Below are positions 39,575 to 52,640 of a stretch of 64,000 nucleotides of DNA, one piece after another. This DNA is from Callorhinchus milii. Lineage: Eukaryota. The DNA is taken from NCBI RefSeq assembly GCF_018977255.1, contig NW_024704743.1, positions 40,550,001 to 40,614,000 on the forward strand. Direction: 5' to 3'. Within the stretch, counting starts at the first letter, position 1; each line of letters opens with the position of its first letter. The notes below the pieces were generated by a model that had not been told where the DNA came from, did not search any database, and saw nothing but the letters and a program-made list of their open reading frames with translations. The position numbers and the translations under genes were made by a program.

Positions 39575-40432
39575 CTTGCTGAGTGGGCACTTAAATGGCA
39601 AATGCATTTCAATGTAGAAAAGTGTGAGGTAGTACATTTTGGTAGAAGGAATATGGAAACCACACACATCCTGGAAGATAAAAATCTAAATGGGGTAGAG
39701 GATCAAAGGGACCTAGGGTTAAACACACAATTCACTAAAAGTAGCAACACAGGTTAATCAGGCCATAAAAATGGCAAACCAGGCATTGGGGTTCATTTCT
39801 AGAGGGATAGAAATGAAAAGCAGGGAAGTTATGGTAAACTTCTATGGAACTGTGGTTAGACCACACTAAGAACACTGTGTGCAGTTCTGGTCCCCACATT
39901 ATCGAAGGGATATACAGATACTGGAGAGGGTGCAAAGGAGATTGACGAGGATGATCCCAGAACTGAGAGGTTATACCTATCAGGAAACGCTGAACATACT
40001 TGGACTCTTCTCTATTGAAAAGAGGAGGGTAAGGGGTGACCTAATAGAGGTCTTTAAAATGATGAAAGGTTTTGATAGGGTAGACATAGGGAAGATGTAT
40101 CCACTTGTAGGGGAGACCAAAACCAGTGGCCATCAATGTAAAATAGTCACAAATAGATCAACTAGGGAAGTTAGAAGAAATTTCTTCACACAGAGAGTGA
40201 TGGGAATGTGGAACATGCTACCACAAGGAGTTGTTGAGGTAAATACCATAAATGTATTTAAGGGGAAGCTAGATAGGTACATGAGGGAGAAAGGAATAGA
40301 AGGTTATGCTTCAAGGCTTATTTAGGGAAGGGCAGGAGGAGGCTCATGTGGAGCATAAACACCGGCATTACCGGATGTGCCAAATGGTCTGTTTTTGTGT
40401 TTTATATTCTAATGTATTCTAATGTATTCTGA
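39575..40432 (+). mobile_element. CR1-clade LINE 3' fragment
   Basis: QFWSPHY..LERVQRR..GLFSIEKRRVRGDLIEVFK..RNFFTQRV..WNML; ends in (ATTCTAATGT)n. Confidence 0.9.
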
Positions 40433-43369
40433 TGATTGAGACCACTTCCAGGAGTACAGATGCTGTAAAACCATTGTCTAAAAACAAAATAAAATTTTGG
40501 TTGGAATTCCACTCCCTGCTGGTTTTAGCTGGGACTGCCTGCTTGTATCCTCTTCTGCACCAGACTGCATGATCCTATCACCCCATCCTCACCCATCTCC
40601 ACTGGCTCCCCATCCCCCAGAGGATAAAGTTCAAAATCATCGTCTTCACCTTGCTCCTCCCTATCTCTGTGTCCGCTCCCGCCTTTCAGCGGGCTCTAGC
40701 CTACTCCATGTCCGCAGGTCAGGCCTTCAGTCTTTCTGCCAACCATTAGTACTCTATCCCACAGTCCCGTTGTCTTCTTCCCTCCCTTGCCTCTTTTAAA
40801 GCCCATTTCAAGACCCTCCTATTTCATTGTGCTTTCGGTCACCCTCTTTCCTCTACCCTCCCTGCCCTCCACCCCTCCTGACTGCATTGGGACATCCTCC
40901 AAAGTGAAAGGTGCTATACAAATGTATTTATAGCACAAATTACAACTTCTTGTTGTTTTTCCATGGGAAACTAGATTGACTCCAGCTTTCCTCGGGTTAG
41001 CTCAAATTCCCGCTCACATTATCTCATCCTCTACTGATTTGCGTGGGTGAGAAGAGGCTGGCTTGTCTGGGACACCATCTACAGTCGAGCAGACTTCCAA
41101 CCTTCACTGCAAAGGCTCACACTTGAACAATGGTAACCTGGGCGAGGTTTCACAAGTCAACTGGCATCCAAGCACCCGCACCCCAGCAAGAGGAGGCCCG
41201 ACCAGGAAAAGAAGCATTTGCCAGTGGGAGGAAAATTAGGAAAATAATTAGACACATTAACTTTATATTAAAAAAAACTATTTTAAATGGATTATACATG
41301 AAAACTGGACATTTGAATTTCTTGTGTGATATAGAATTTTCATAGCATGTTGATCAACACCTGGAAGAGAAATGGAGGTGAATGTTTGTGGTTAACCCTA
41401 TATTGATAGTCATGGTTAGGTCTCACACTTTAAATGCTGAGATGTCTTTCTCTTCACAGTCTTTCTCTTAATCGACCAGCTGGGATTTTCTGATATTCAG
41501 GTGAAAAAGCTCTTGGCGGGACAAAAATCCGCATGAATGATATCTTGATGCCAGAAAGAAACTCTTTGAGGAAGAACTTCTTCACTCAAAGGGTGGAGAA
41601 TGTATGGAACTCACTACCCCAAAGGGCTGTTGACGCTCAGCCCTTGAACATAGTCAAGACTGAGATAGATAGATTTCTTATTGCAAAAGGGATTAAGGGA
41701 TATGGGGATAAGGCAGGGTCAGGTTATTAGCTGGAGTTAGGTTAGAAAATCAGTCACGATTGAATGGCGAGGCAGGCTTGAAGGGCCGAATGGCCTACTC
41801 CTGCTCCTACATGTTATGTATCATGTGTCTCCTCGGATGAATATATACGTCTACTGACCAGTGAGACCTTGGTTCATACTTTGTATACTTTTTTTTCCCC
41901 CACAAAATATACAGTCAATTCACTTTACAGTATTGACTATATTGCTTTTCCTTATAATCTACTCACTCCCTTCCAACATCTCCCAGTTCTGACAAAATCG
42001 ACCTGAAATGTTAACTTATTTTCCTCTCTCCATAAACCTGCCTGACCTGCTGCATATTTCCAGCGACTTCTGTTTTCATCACAGTATATTTTGTGAAGCG
42101 CTTTGAGACTTCCTGAAGATATGATGAGGCCTTATATCAAATGCAAACATTATTATTATATACTGGAGATTGCCTCAGAGCTGAGTTCTCACAAAATGGT
42201 GTGACATATATGGTGTTCCTTGCAGAACACACTTTTTGTTCAGTCACTTTTCCAGCACTGAAGTATCCTTCATCCTGTTGTTATCCCAATGAGAATCACA
42301 GCCTGCTTTTTATTGCAGATTTCCAATAATTTCTTATTTTCTTTTTATCTCTTCATACATCACATTTTTTTCTCAGTTGCTGTTGTCTCATGACTCATTA
42401 CATTGCAAAAGCATGTTGGCAATATCATGAAGCACAGTTAAACAGAGCATCCTAACATATTATATAAAAAAAGGGCCATTAAGTTTCTAATATCAGTCAA
42501 TGAGTCTGAACAAATTGTTCCATTATTTAAGTTTAGGGCACATTGTAACATAACCGTACGTCCGTAGACTATGAGGCTATTCTTTGCTTTGCTTGACCGC
42601 GCCTTTGGTCACCATCACCCCCCTCCCCCTGGCTCGGTCCCGGGATCCAAAACTGTAGAGCGCTCTGAGACACTGTATGGCGTGGAGGGCGTTTTATAAA
42701 TCCAAGTTGTTGTTGTTAAATTCATAATCAGAAATTCCACTAGCAGTGTGCATCGCTAAAGTTTGATACAATATAATTTATAGTTATATAGCGCCTTTCA
42801 TGTTGGGAGGACATCTCAAAGTGCTTGACCACTGCTGCTGGGCACCCTCAGCCATAATAGAATGGCTCGAGGGGCTGAATGGCCTACCTAAGTTCCACCC
42901 AACCTGTGGAGGGGAGACAAAGTGACTGGGGAAGGGAAAGATGACCAAAATACTTCACTAAGCAGAGAAAGAAGAGCTTGCTGTTCACATTGGTCCAATT
43001 ATCTACAAGCACAGAATTTCCTACATTAACAAATCTTCATTTTAGTACCAAGCCTGTGGGATACATTTTCACAGGTAATTCTCTCACAGTGCACTATGAA
43101 ACAAAGCCCATTAGATTAGGTACAGAGAAAGCCTTGTCTGCACCCTGTAGTGAATAATTGAACTTGCAATCTGACCTGAATAAATACAGCTGCAGACAGA
43201 CTCTCTAGCAAATTAACCTCTGTAGCATGTGCTGGATCCCATAACTCACTTGCCATTGTCATCACAAAAATCTCTGCTGAAGCAAGAGAACTGGAGCACT
43301 GGAACTTTATTATGTGTTGCAAAGCTCAGTGCTGAACCAGGAGGAACACAATTAATTAAAATTCAGACA

Positions 43370-43466
43370 AAATACAAAATATTGCAGATGCTGGAAATCT
43401 GAAACAAAAACAGAAGTCACTGGGAATACTCAGCAGGTCGGGCAGCATCTATGGAGAAAGGAAAGT
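43370..43466 (+). mobile_element. Fragment of a common chondrichthyan interspersed repeat, probably Penelope-related (reverse copy at ~41990-42080)
   Basis: tgcagatgctggaaatctgaaacaaaaacaga..ctcagcaggtc.ggcagcatct. Family assignment is from memory only. Confidence 0.4.
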
Positions 43467-43689
43467 TTCTGCTTAGAGTTCTCAGCAACTTCTGATTAAA
43501 GTTAAGGTTGTTTTTGGTCAGACGAGTGTCTGACATATGTGGAAACCCATCGCCATGCTTAAGATTATCAAATAGACTGAGAGTTCGATGCATCCCACCT
43601 ATATATGGAAATTGCAGAGATATTTTTTGCAATGGAATATGCACTCTCTTCCTGGAGGTATGAATGCTGCTTACATAATTCATAATCAT

Positions 43690-44004
43690 GGAGTCCTGTA
43701 GCTCAGTGGTTAGAGCACTCGCTTTGCAAGCGAGAAACCTAAGTTCAATTCCAGATAGGGCGAAACCTTCGGCAAGTTTCCTTACTCCACACGCCTAATA
43801 ATAATCCCTCCAAAACCCAAAACAATAATAAATTGGTCATTTTCAATCTACAACTGTTTGTGGGACATTGCTGTGCGCAATTGGCTGCCGCGTTCGCCCA
43901 CAAATATACAGTCAATTCACTTTACAGTGTGTTCTGTGAAGCGCTTTGGGACGCCCTCCCGACGTGAAAAGCGCTATATCAAATGCAAGGATTATTATTA
44001 TTAT
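43690..44004 (+). mobile_element. Young tRNA-derived SINE, full length, inserted in an older repeat
   Basis: Consensus match; the host repeat continues on both sides. Confidence 0.9.
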
Positions 44005-45007
44005 AATTCCAGAAAGTATTAGCCGTACATCAGCAAAAAACAAGGCTTGGGGACCTCAGGGTGTGGGTTGAGATACTGCTGGAGTCTAACCAGCTAAAAC
44101 CAGACAACTTTTCATTGAGAGGACTGTGAAAGAGAAAAAATATATACAATGTCTAAAACTTTCTTTCACCACGAAGCTTAACTGATCATTAGTAGCACAA
44201 AACAAGATGGGGGTTTTGAAAAAAAACGTGTTACAATGTTTCTATCTGGTACTTTGAAGGATGGAGTGCTTAATGCATTCCACTCAAAAATATTGCCATG
44301 GGAATGAGCAAAGTTAGTATTCTAACTGTCATTAGAAGGACATTGAATAGAAAGACTTCAAAGGAGGTCTGGGGCAGCCATCTGAAGAAAAGTGGCTCCT
44401 CCTAAGCTACTCCCCAGAGACTGAGCTAATAATCTTTGCATTTAATTCTGTGTCTTTCATGTCGGGAGGCCATCTCGAAGAGCTTCATAGGATTTACTGT
44501 GAAGTTTTAGTGTCTGGCTATTTTGTAGGTGAACGTGGCAGGTTTTTATGCAAAACATCAACGTCCCATAAAGGGTACTCTCCCTTTCATTTATTCCCAC
44601 TCACAGCGTCGATATTACCAGGTATTAAGAAAATCTTTACACTTTACATCACCTATTCACATTTGTTAAAACATTTCAAAGTGCTTCACAGTATTTTTTG
44701 ATATAACTGTAAAGTGTGGTGATTGTGTATTTTGTAAGCAAATGCATTAGCTAATTTGCACACATCATTGTCTCACTAACTGTTCCACTAAAGGCCAATT
44801 AGCTTTAGACAGGTGGAATGTTTACTGGCAGCAAGTTTGTAGTTTCTGTAACAACAACAAAATTACATTTATATAGTGTCTTTCATGTCGGAAGGACGTC
44901 CCAAGGCCCTGGATAGTTAAGGGTTTGCACCTGAGCTGGAAGCTGGAATCAAGAGGTGGGGAGGGTAGGGGGATGACTGTAGGTGCAGTCAAAGAGAAGA
45001 TCTTGAG

Positions 45008-45450
45008 ACAACAACAACACGATTTCATTTACCGAGAGCCTTTCACGTCAGGAGGACGTCCCAAGGTGCTGGACAGTTGGGTCGGGACCCGAGCAGGTGG
45101 GAAATGTTCAGGGTGAGGGAAAGGAGGGAGCGAGGAGGGGGTAGCGAGTCAAGAGAGGGAGCTGAAGGCACGGTCGAAGAGAAAGGTCTTGAGACTGGCC
45201 TTGAAGGAGGAAAGGGAGGAAGCAAAGGCACTGGGGTATGGAGTTCCAGAGCCTCGGGGCTGAGAGGCTGAAGGCCCGGCCACCGATGGTAGGGCGGTTA
45301 AGGCAGGGAATGTGGAGCAGATCGAAGCCAGAGGAACGGAGCGTACAGGCAGGTAGGTAGGGGGATAGTAGGTCGGAGAGGTAGGAGGGAGCAAGGCCAT
45401 GAATGGCCTTGTAGGTGAGGATGAGGATCTTGAATTCGACAGGCCTCAAA
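45008..45450 (-). mobile_element. L2-clade LINE 3' fragment
   Basis: EFKILILTYKAIHGLAPSYLSDLL..RSS..GGRAFSLSAPRLWNSIP; 3' stem-loop tail followed by (GTT)n. Confidence 0.88.
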
Positions 45451-45863
45451 GGAGCCAAAAAATTAATACACGTTGCAGCAACCTAAAAAGTATGAACAAG
45501 AAATATTTTTGAAATTCCATTTGGCATATTTAGTTAACCTTGTTATAAAATTAAAAAAAGCGGTATGCTTTTCTCTGCTGTTTATCCAAAACTCTGTCTG
45601 TCCAGATTATTTATTTTCACTTTGAGTTTGAGTCAGTGTAAGATCATGGGTAATAGTAGTCAAAAACAAATAGACAGATTATGTATGCTGTCATTTCTGT
45701 AGCATAGTCTAACACTCACCAATGCTTAAATAAATATATGAGGAAGATGCGGATACAGTTCAGGCTATTTGTGATGTTGAGATTAATTAATGGCCAAAAT
45801 TCTCCCAGATAAAATTGCTCATTCTATTCATGGCTGTTTGTGGGACATTGCGATGCACAAATT

Positions 45864-47794
45864 CATAGAATCATAGAATCGTTAAGCACAAAAAGAGGTC
45901 GTTCGGCCCATCGAGTCTGTGCCGGCTCTTTGAAAAGAGAAATGTAATGTCAATCCCGCTCCCCAGCCCTTTCCCCATAACCCTGCAAACCCGTGCTCCT
46001 CAAATAACCGTCCACCGTGTTTTTAAACGTTGTTATCGAATCGGCCTCGACCACCCTTTCAGGCAATGCATTTCAGATTCGAACAACTCACTGCGTGTAA
46101 ACATTTCTTCTCACCTCCCCTCTGCTTCTTTTAGAAACTATTTTAAATCTGTGACCTCGAGTCACCGACATAACCACCAGTGGAAAGAGTTTTTCTTTCT
46201 CTAGCCTATCAAATCCCCTCATGATTTTGAAAACCTCTATTAGGTCTCCTCGTAACCTTCTCTGCTCCAATGAGAATAATCCCAGCTTCTCGAGCCTTTC
46301 CTCATAATCAAGGTCCCTCATTCCTGGTACCGTCCTCGTAAATCTCCTCTGCACCCTTTCCAATGCCTTACCATCCTTCCTATAACCAGTGTTTTATATA
46401 GATTAATCATAACCTCCTGACTCTTGTACTCTATTCCTCTATTTATAAAGCCTAGTATCCCATATGCCCTTTTTACAACTTTATCTACCGGTCCTGCCAC
46501 CTTCAAGGATTCATTTACCTGCACCCCCAGGTCTCTCTGTTCCTTCACCCCCTTAAGATTGTATTACCAGCCTATATTGTCTCGCCTCAATCTTTCTTCC
46601 AAAATGCATTACCCCACATTTCTCCACATTGAAATTCATCTGCCATGTGTCTGCCCATGTTACCATTCTGTCTATGTCTTCCTGCAGTTGGCTACTGTCC
46701 TTCTCACTGTTTACTACCCTACCTAAATTTGTGTCATCCGCAAACTTGGAAATGGTACTTGCTATACCCAAGTCAGATCATTTATAATAATAATAATAAT
46801 CCTTGCATTTGATATAGCGCTTTTCACGTCGGGAGGGCGTCCCAAAGCGCTTCACAGAACACACTGTAAAGTGAATTGACTGTATATTTGTGGGCGAACG
46901 CGGCAGCCAATTGCGCACAGCAATGTCCCACAAACAGTCATAGATTGAAAATGACCAATTTATTATTGTTTTTGGTTTTGGAGGGATTATTATTAGGTGT
47001 GTGGAGTAAAGAAACTTGCCCAAGGCTTCGCCCTCTGCCTGGAATTTAACTCAGGTCTCTCGCTTGCAAAGCGAGTGCTCTAACCACTGAGCTACAGGAC
47101 TTATATATATGAAGAAGAGCTGTGGTCCCAATACCAATCCCTGGGGGAATCCACTTTACACTTCCCTCCAGTCAGAAAAGCAACTGTTCATCAAATGCCG
47201 TAGTATCGGAGGAGAGGGTAGAGGAAATGAATAAGGTAAGTACAAACAGAGAGGAAGTACTGAAAAGGTTGACTGGGCTCAAGGTAGATAAGTTGGCCGG
47301 TCCGGACGGAATGCAGCCAAGGGTACTATGGGAGGCACGGGTACAAATAGCGGAGGCTTTGGCTACAATTTTTCAATCTTCGTTGGACACAGGGGTGGTG
47401 CCAGAGACTGGAGAGTGGCTAATGTTACTCCCCTGTACAAAAAGGAGCAGAAGGACAAACCTGGGAACTGCAGGCCAGTCAGCCTAACATCAGTAGTGGG
47501 GAAACTCCTTGAGACTATAATCCGTGACAGAATAAATCTTCATTTAGAAGAATATGGGTTAATTAGGCACAGATTTGTTAAAGGCAAATCTTGTCTAACA
47601 AATCTAATAGAATTTTTCGATGAGGTAATGGAGAGGATGGATGAAGGTAATGCAGTTGATGTAGTTTATATGGACTTTCAAAAGGCATTTGACAAAGTGC
47701 CACATAAAAACTTGTAAGAAAAATAGAAGCCCATGGTATAAAAGGAACAGTGGCAGCATGGATCCAGAACTGGCTGGGAGACTGAAAGCAGAGA
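45864..47794 (-). mobile_element. CR1-clade LINE with RT domain and 5' inversion (45864-~47193 minus; ~47194-47794 plus)
   Basis: Minus part: FSDW..PQG.VLGP..YIND..KFADD..ERVQRRFTR and a (TTCTATGA)n tail. Plus part: GPDG..DWRVANVTPL..RPVSLTS..DFQKAFDKVPH..WIQNWL..KQR. Confidence 0.9.
46785..47100 (-). mobile_element. Young SINE inserted into the CR1 RT region at FIYINDL, with a short TTATA duplication
   Basis: The CR1 frame resumes on both sides; ttata at 46782 and 47101. Confidence 0.88.
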
Positions 47795-50515
47795 TTTGTG
47801 GTTGTCATGTTCACTTACAAATTATACTGTGACATTTGAATCCAGGAAAGCTTTGGCACAGGTTGGCAAGATAATAATAATAATAATCTTTGCATTTGAA
47901 ATAGTGCATTATCATGTCTTTGAGACGTCTCAAAGCGCTTCACAGAATAGACTGTAAAGTGAATTGACTGTATTTTTGTGGGCAAAATGCAGCAGCCAAT
48001 TGCACACAGCAGTGTCCCACAAATAGTTATGATTGAAGAGACCAATTTTTTTTTGAAGGAATTATTACCCCAGGAAAAGCGATCCGCCAATCAACTAAAA
48101 ACCGGGTTCCTACTTACTGCTAGCTGAACAGAGGGGTGTGGAGTAAGGAAATTTGTCCAACATTTCACCCTGCCGGGAATCAAATCCAGGTCACTCACTT
48201 GCGAGGTGAGTGCTCTGACCTCTTGAGCTATAGATCTCCACGGGCTCCAAGGCTTTGGGACCTCAGAGTGCATTTTGGGAGTACTGCTGGAGTAAAACCC
48301 GTGAAAAATATTTATTATATCAAATGCCTAACAAAATATCACAAAATCAGAGCAGATTGGTATGGTACAAGAGTGCTTGTGACATGGTTGGAACTAGCAT
48401 TTCAAATAATTGAGTCTCAAATAATGAAGAAGTACCATCAGGGTAAGAGGGAGAGATACATTTGATGCAGTGCTTTATCAGATCCTTAAGGCATCTCAAA
48501 ACACTTCATAGGATATACTGTTAAATAGATTCATTGTATATTTTGAGGGCAAAATGCGGCACCCAAAATCACACAGCAGTGTCGCACCAACAGTTGTAGA
48601 CCAAGTGACTAATTTTTAAAAAAAATTTGGAGGGACTTTTACCCCTATAAAGCAATCTGCCAATCTACTAATAATTGGCTAAAATCTGAAACAAACAGCA
48701 AAATCAGAAACGTGTAGTGCAGTGAGGAGGGTTGCTAACTTTAAATATACCAATATTCAGGAATATGCATAATTCCACCTGTAATGTATTCACAACAATG
48801 ATACTCTACACAAGCAGTCTACAAGCCCTCTCTAATAGAATGGGCATGAATACCTATTGATCCATTATAAAACAGTAGAATGAGGCACTGCTCACTGTTA
48901 CCCACACAGAAACCCTCCCATATTTGTCACATATAAATTAATTTGCTGGGCTGCCAGGTATTACAGGCTTACCCACTCTGCAGAACGATTCCCAGAACAG
49001 AAACTTCATTGAGCACAACAACGCATGACATATTTTGCAGTGAATGAATTAAATGACTGGATACAAGGTTCAGATCTGTCTGTTTTAAACCTATGTTCGA
49101 TGCACCTGTCAGATTTCATTATTATCAACTGCCCTGTTCCCCTGCAGTCTTGGGCTCCAACTTTTATGTCGCTACCAATTTAGTGAACTGATCAATATGT
49201 TTTTTTATAAATGTCGTGAAACAAAAATAATTCCAATGGGAATTCATTAATGTACAGATTTATCTCACTTTGTTTGTATGATAGATTTTGATAGAAATTG
49301 TTTCTCTTTCTTATGGGCGAGAAATTACAAAAGAAATCCAAGGACATACAGTACTTCCTGACACGATAATTTACTAAAGTGTGTAGTGAAGATCTGAGAG
49401 CAAATATTATTCTGTCCATTACTTCACAGTATAAAATATCATAACATGATGCTTAAACAACTGTAATTACAGTATTATTTACAGTAGGTGGGTAGTGAAG
49501 AACTGAGAGCAAATAATATTCTGTCCATTCATTAGCAGCATAAAATATTACAACATGATGCTTAATCAACTGAACCAGTTGACAGTTGTCTGATTCAGGG
49601 TAAATAGTACTATGAACTGAAAGAGGTGTCAGCCTCACAGATCCCTTGGCAATATTCAAAGAGAAAAGGCCAACATCCCCCAGATAAAATTGTTCATGGC
49701 TGTTTGTGGGATATTGCTGTGTGCAGAAATTAACTACAGGCAGACATTACATTTTACAACGAATCCTATGAACCATTTTGGGACATCCTCCTAACATAAA
49801 CTGTATTATGTCAAATGCCAAATATAATAATAATATTAATCCTTCTGTCAATACAGTGCCTTATCACATCTTTGAGACGTCTCAAAGCGTTTCACAGAAT
49901 ATACTGACTACATATTTTGTGGGCAAAACATGGCAGCCAATTGCACACAGAATTGTCCCACAAAAGTCGTGAATTGAAGTGACCAATTTATTCTTATTTT
50001 TTAAATTTTTCATTTTTAAGGAATTATTACATCCAGAAAAGCAATCAGCCAATCAGCTAACAACCGGTTTCTTACTTACTGCTAGGTAAACAGAGACGTG
50101 TGGATTAAGGAAGCTTGTCCAACACTTTGCCCTGTCGAGAATCAAAGCCAGGTCACTCGCTTGCGATGTGAATGCTCTAACCACTGACTATTTATTAAAC
50201 TTCACCAAAGCTGTAAATTTTCTAAGGAAACAAGAAGACACTATGAAAATAACATCAGGCGCAAGAAATTAATGCTGATTAACAAATATTGATTTTGAAT
50301 GAAGCCAATGATCTGTCCTTAAGCTAATGCAAAATCATTCACAATGAAGTAAAAATAAAAAGCATCATTCAGCTCTTTGACAGTGAACAGCTTATTGTCT
50401 GCAAAGTCAATGGTGAATAAATGAAATAATTTCAGAAGCAGTATTGAAATATACATCTGTTTGAAGGGAATGCAGAAAATTTGATTATAACTATAAGATA
50501 GTCTTTTTATGAAGC

Positions 50516-50833
50516 ATAATAATAATAATAATCCTTGCATTTGATATAGCGCTTTTCACGTCTGGAGGACGTCCCAAAGCCCTTCACAGAACACACTGTA
50601 AAGTGAATTGACTGTATATTTGTGGGCGGACGCGGCAGCCAATTGCGCACAACAATGTCCCACAAACAGTCGTAGATTGACAATGACCAATTTATTATTG
50701 TCTTTAGTTTTGGAGGGATTATTATTAGGCGTGTGGAGTAAGGAAACTTGCCCAAGGTTTCGCCCTGCCTGGAATTGAACTCAGGTCTCTCGCTTGCAAA
50801 GCGAGTGCTCTAACCACTGAGCTACAGGACTCC
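50516..50833 (-). mobile_element. Young tRNA-derived SINE, full length
   Basis: Consensus match. Confidence 0.9.
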
Positions 50834-51619
50834 AGCATATTCATTCCGTGCAATATCATTTTAAAGGTGACATTGGTTGCACCCAAACAACAATGGAAGC
50901 CTCTTCAAAAAGCAATGGATAGCTATTGTAGTTATAAAGGTGATCATAGGTTTAATTTATGAATGAAATACTGCATTAAGAGGTCGAGACTATTTTGTGT
51001 CTCATTAAGCAGAGGAAGATTGTATATAACCTTCAAATAAGTGTCACGGGGAAAAAAAAAGTGGATTGGGTTCAAATATTGCTTATCACATTTTTGCAGG
51101 AAAGCAAAGCCTTGAAGTTCCAAAAGTTTAACCCTGTAGGACAATTTCATTTCTTATTTTTGGTCGGCCAGGTGTCTGACAGATGTGGAAACCCATAACT
51201 TCAACAACTTGCATTTATATAGCGCTTTTCACGCAGCGTAGCATCTCAGAGTCACTTAACATTGGCGGAGCCTGACTCTGAGCTGCGGCAGGTGGGGGGG
51301 TGGTAGTTGAGGGGTAAGTGGCCGTAAGCATGGTGAAGAGGAAAGTTTTCAGGCGGGACTTGCAGTTGATACTAAGCTAGTAAAAGTAGTGAATGTGAGG
51401 ATGATAGTAGCTGACTGCAAATAGACATAGACAGATGGTAAAATGGGCAGACACGTAGCAGATCAAGTTTAATGTGGAGAAATGCAAAATGATTCATTTT
51501 GGGAGGAAGAATGAGGAGAGCAATATAAGCTAGATGGTAGAATTTTAAATGGGTGAAGAAACCGAGAGACCTGGGGGTTCATATAGGTAAATCTTTGAAG
51601 GTGGCAGGACAGGTAGATA

Positions 51620-52640
51620 ACAACATCAACAACAACAACAAGATTCCATTTATAAAGCACCTTTCACGTTAGGAGGACGTCCCAAGGCGCTGCACAGTTG
51701 GATCAACTACCACCCCCCGAGCAGGGGGGAAATGGTCAGGGTGAGGGGAGGGAAGGGAGGGAGCGAGGAGGGGGGAAATGGTCAGGGTGAGGGGAGGGAA
51801 GGGAGGGAGCGAGGAAGGGGAAGAGAGTCGAGAGGGGAGCTGAAGGCTTGGTCAAAGAGAAAGGTTTTGAGACCGTCCTTGAAGGAGGAGTGGGAGGAAG
51901 CAAGGCGAAGGCACTGGGGGATAGAGTTCCAGAGCCTCGGGGCTGAGAGGCTGAAGGCCCGACCACCGATGGTAGGGCGATTGGGGCAGGGGACGTGGAG
52001 CAGACCGGAGCCGGAGGAACGGAGGGTACGGGCAGATAGGTAGGGGGATAGTAGGTTGGAGAAATAATTATTTGAGGAGGTCAAGTTTGCAGGGTGATGG
52101 GGAGAGAGCAGGTGAGTAGGATTGAATTGGACAGCTTTTTTCAAAGAGCCAGCACAGACATGATGGGCTGAATGGCCTCCTTCTGTGCTGTATAATTTTA
52201 TGATTCTATGACATGAAAAAGGGGAGAGAGACGTGCCAGGGAGTGAATGAATTTGAACACTAGTGTGAGGATCTTGAAGTCGACCCATTCAGTGATGGGG
52301 AGCCAGTTGAACCTGGATAGAACTGGTGAGATGTGGGTATGGAGTTTGGTCCAGGTCAGTAGGCGGGTTTCAGAGTTCTGAATGAACCAGATCTTTTGAA
52401 TGGTGGAGCTGGAGAAACTGGTGAGGAATGCATTGGAGTAATCCAGGCCGGAGGTGACAAACGCATGTACGAGGGTTTTGGCTGCATTTGCGGTGAGGTA
52501 TGGTTGGAGCTGGGCAACGTGGTGGAGGTGGAAGAAGCCGGTTCTGATCAGGGACCAGATGTGGGGGAGAAAAGACAGCTGAGGGTCGAACTAGAAGCCT
52601 AGATTGTTCACTGCTTTGGTGATTCTGCCGGACAGGCCAG
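51620..52640 (-). mobile_element. L2-clade LINE 3' fragment interrupted by a CR1 3' piece (~52064-52210)
   Basis: Same ORF2 C-terminal motifs and tail as 45008-45450. Confidence 0.82.

Noticed and set aside
43690..43765. tRNA-Ala(TGC) gene
   Set aside because: It is the head of a multi-copy SINE, continuing into SINE body and tail; the acceptor and T stems are imperfect and there is no terminator.
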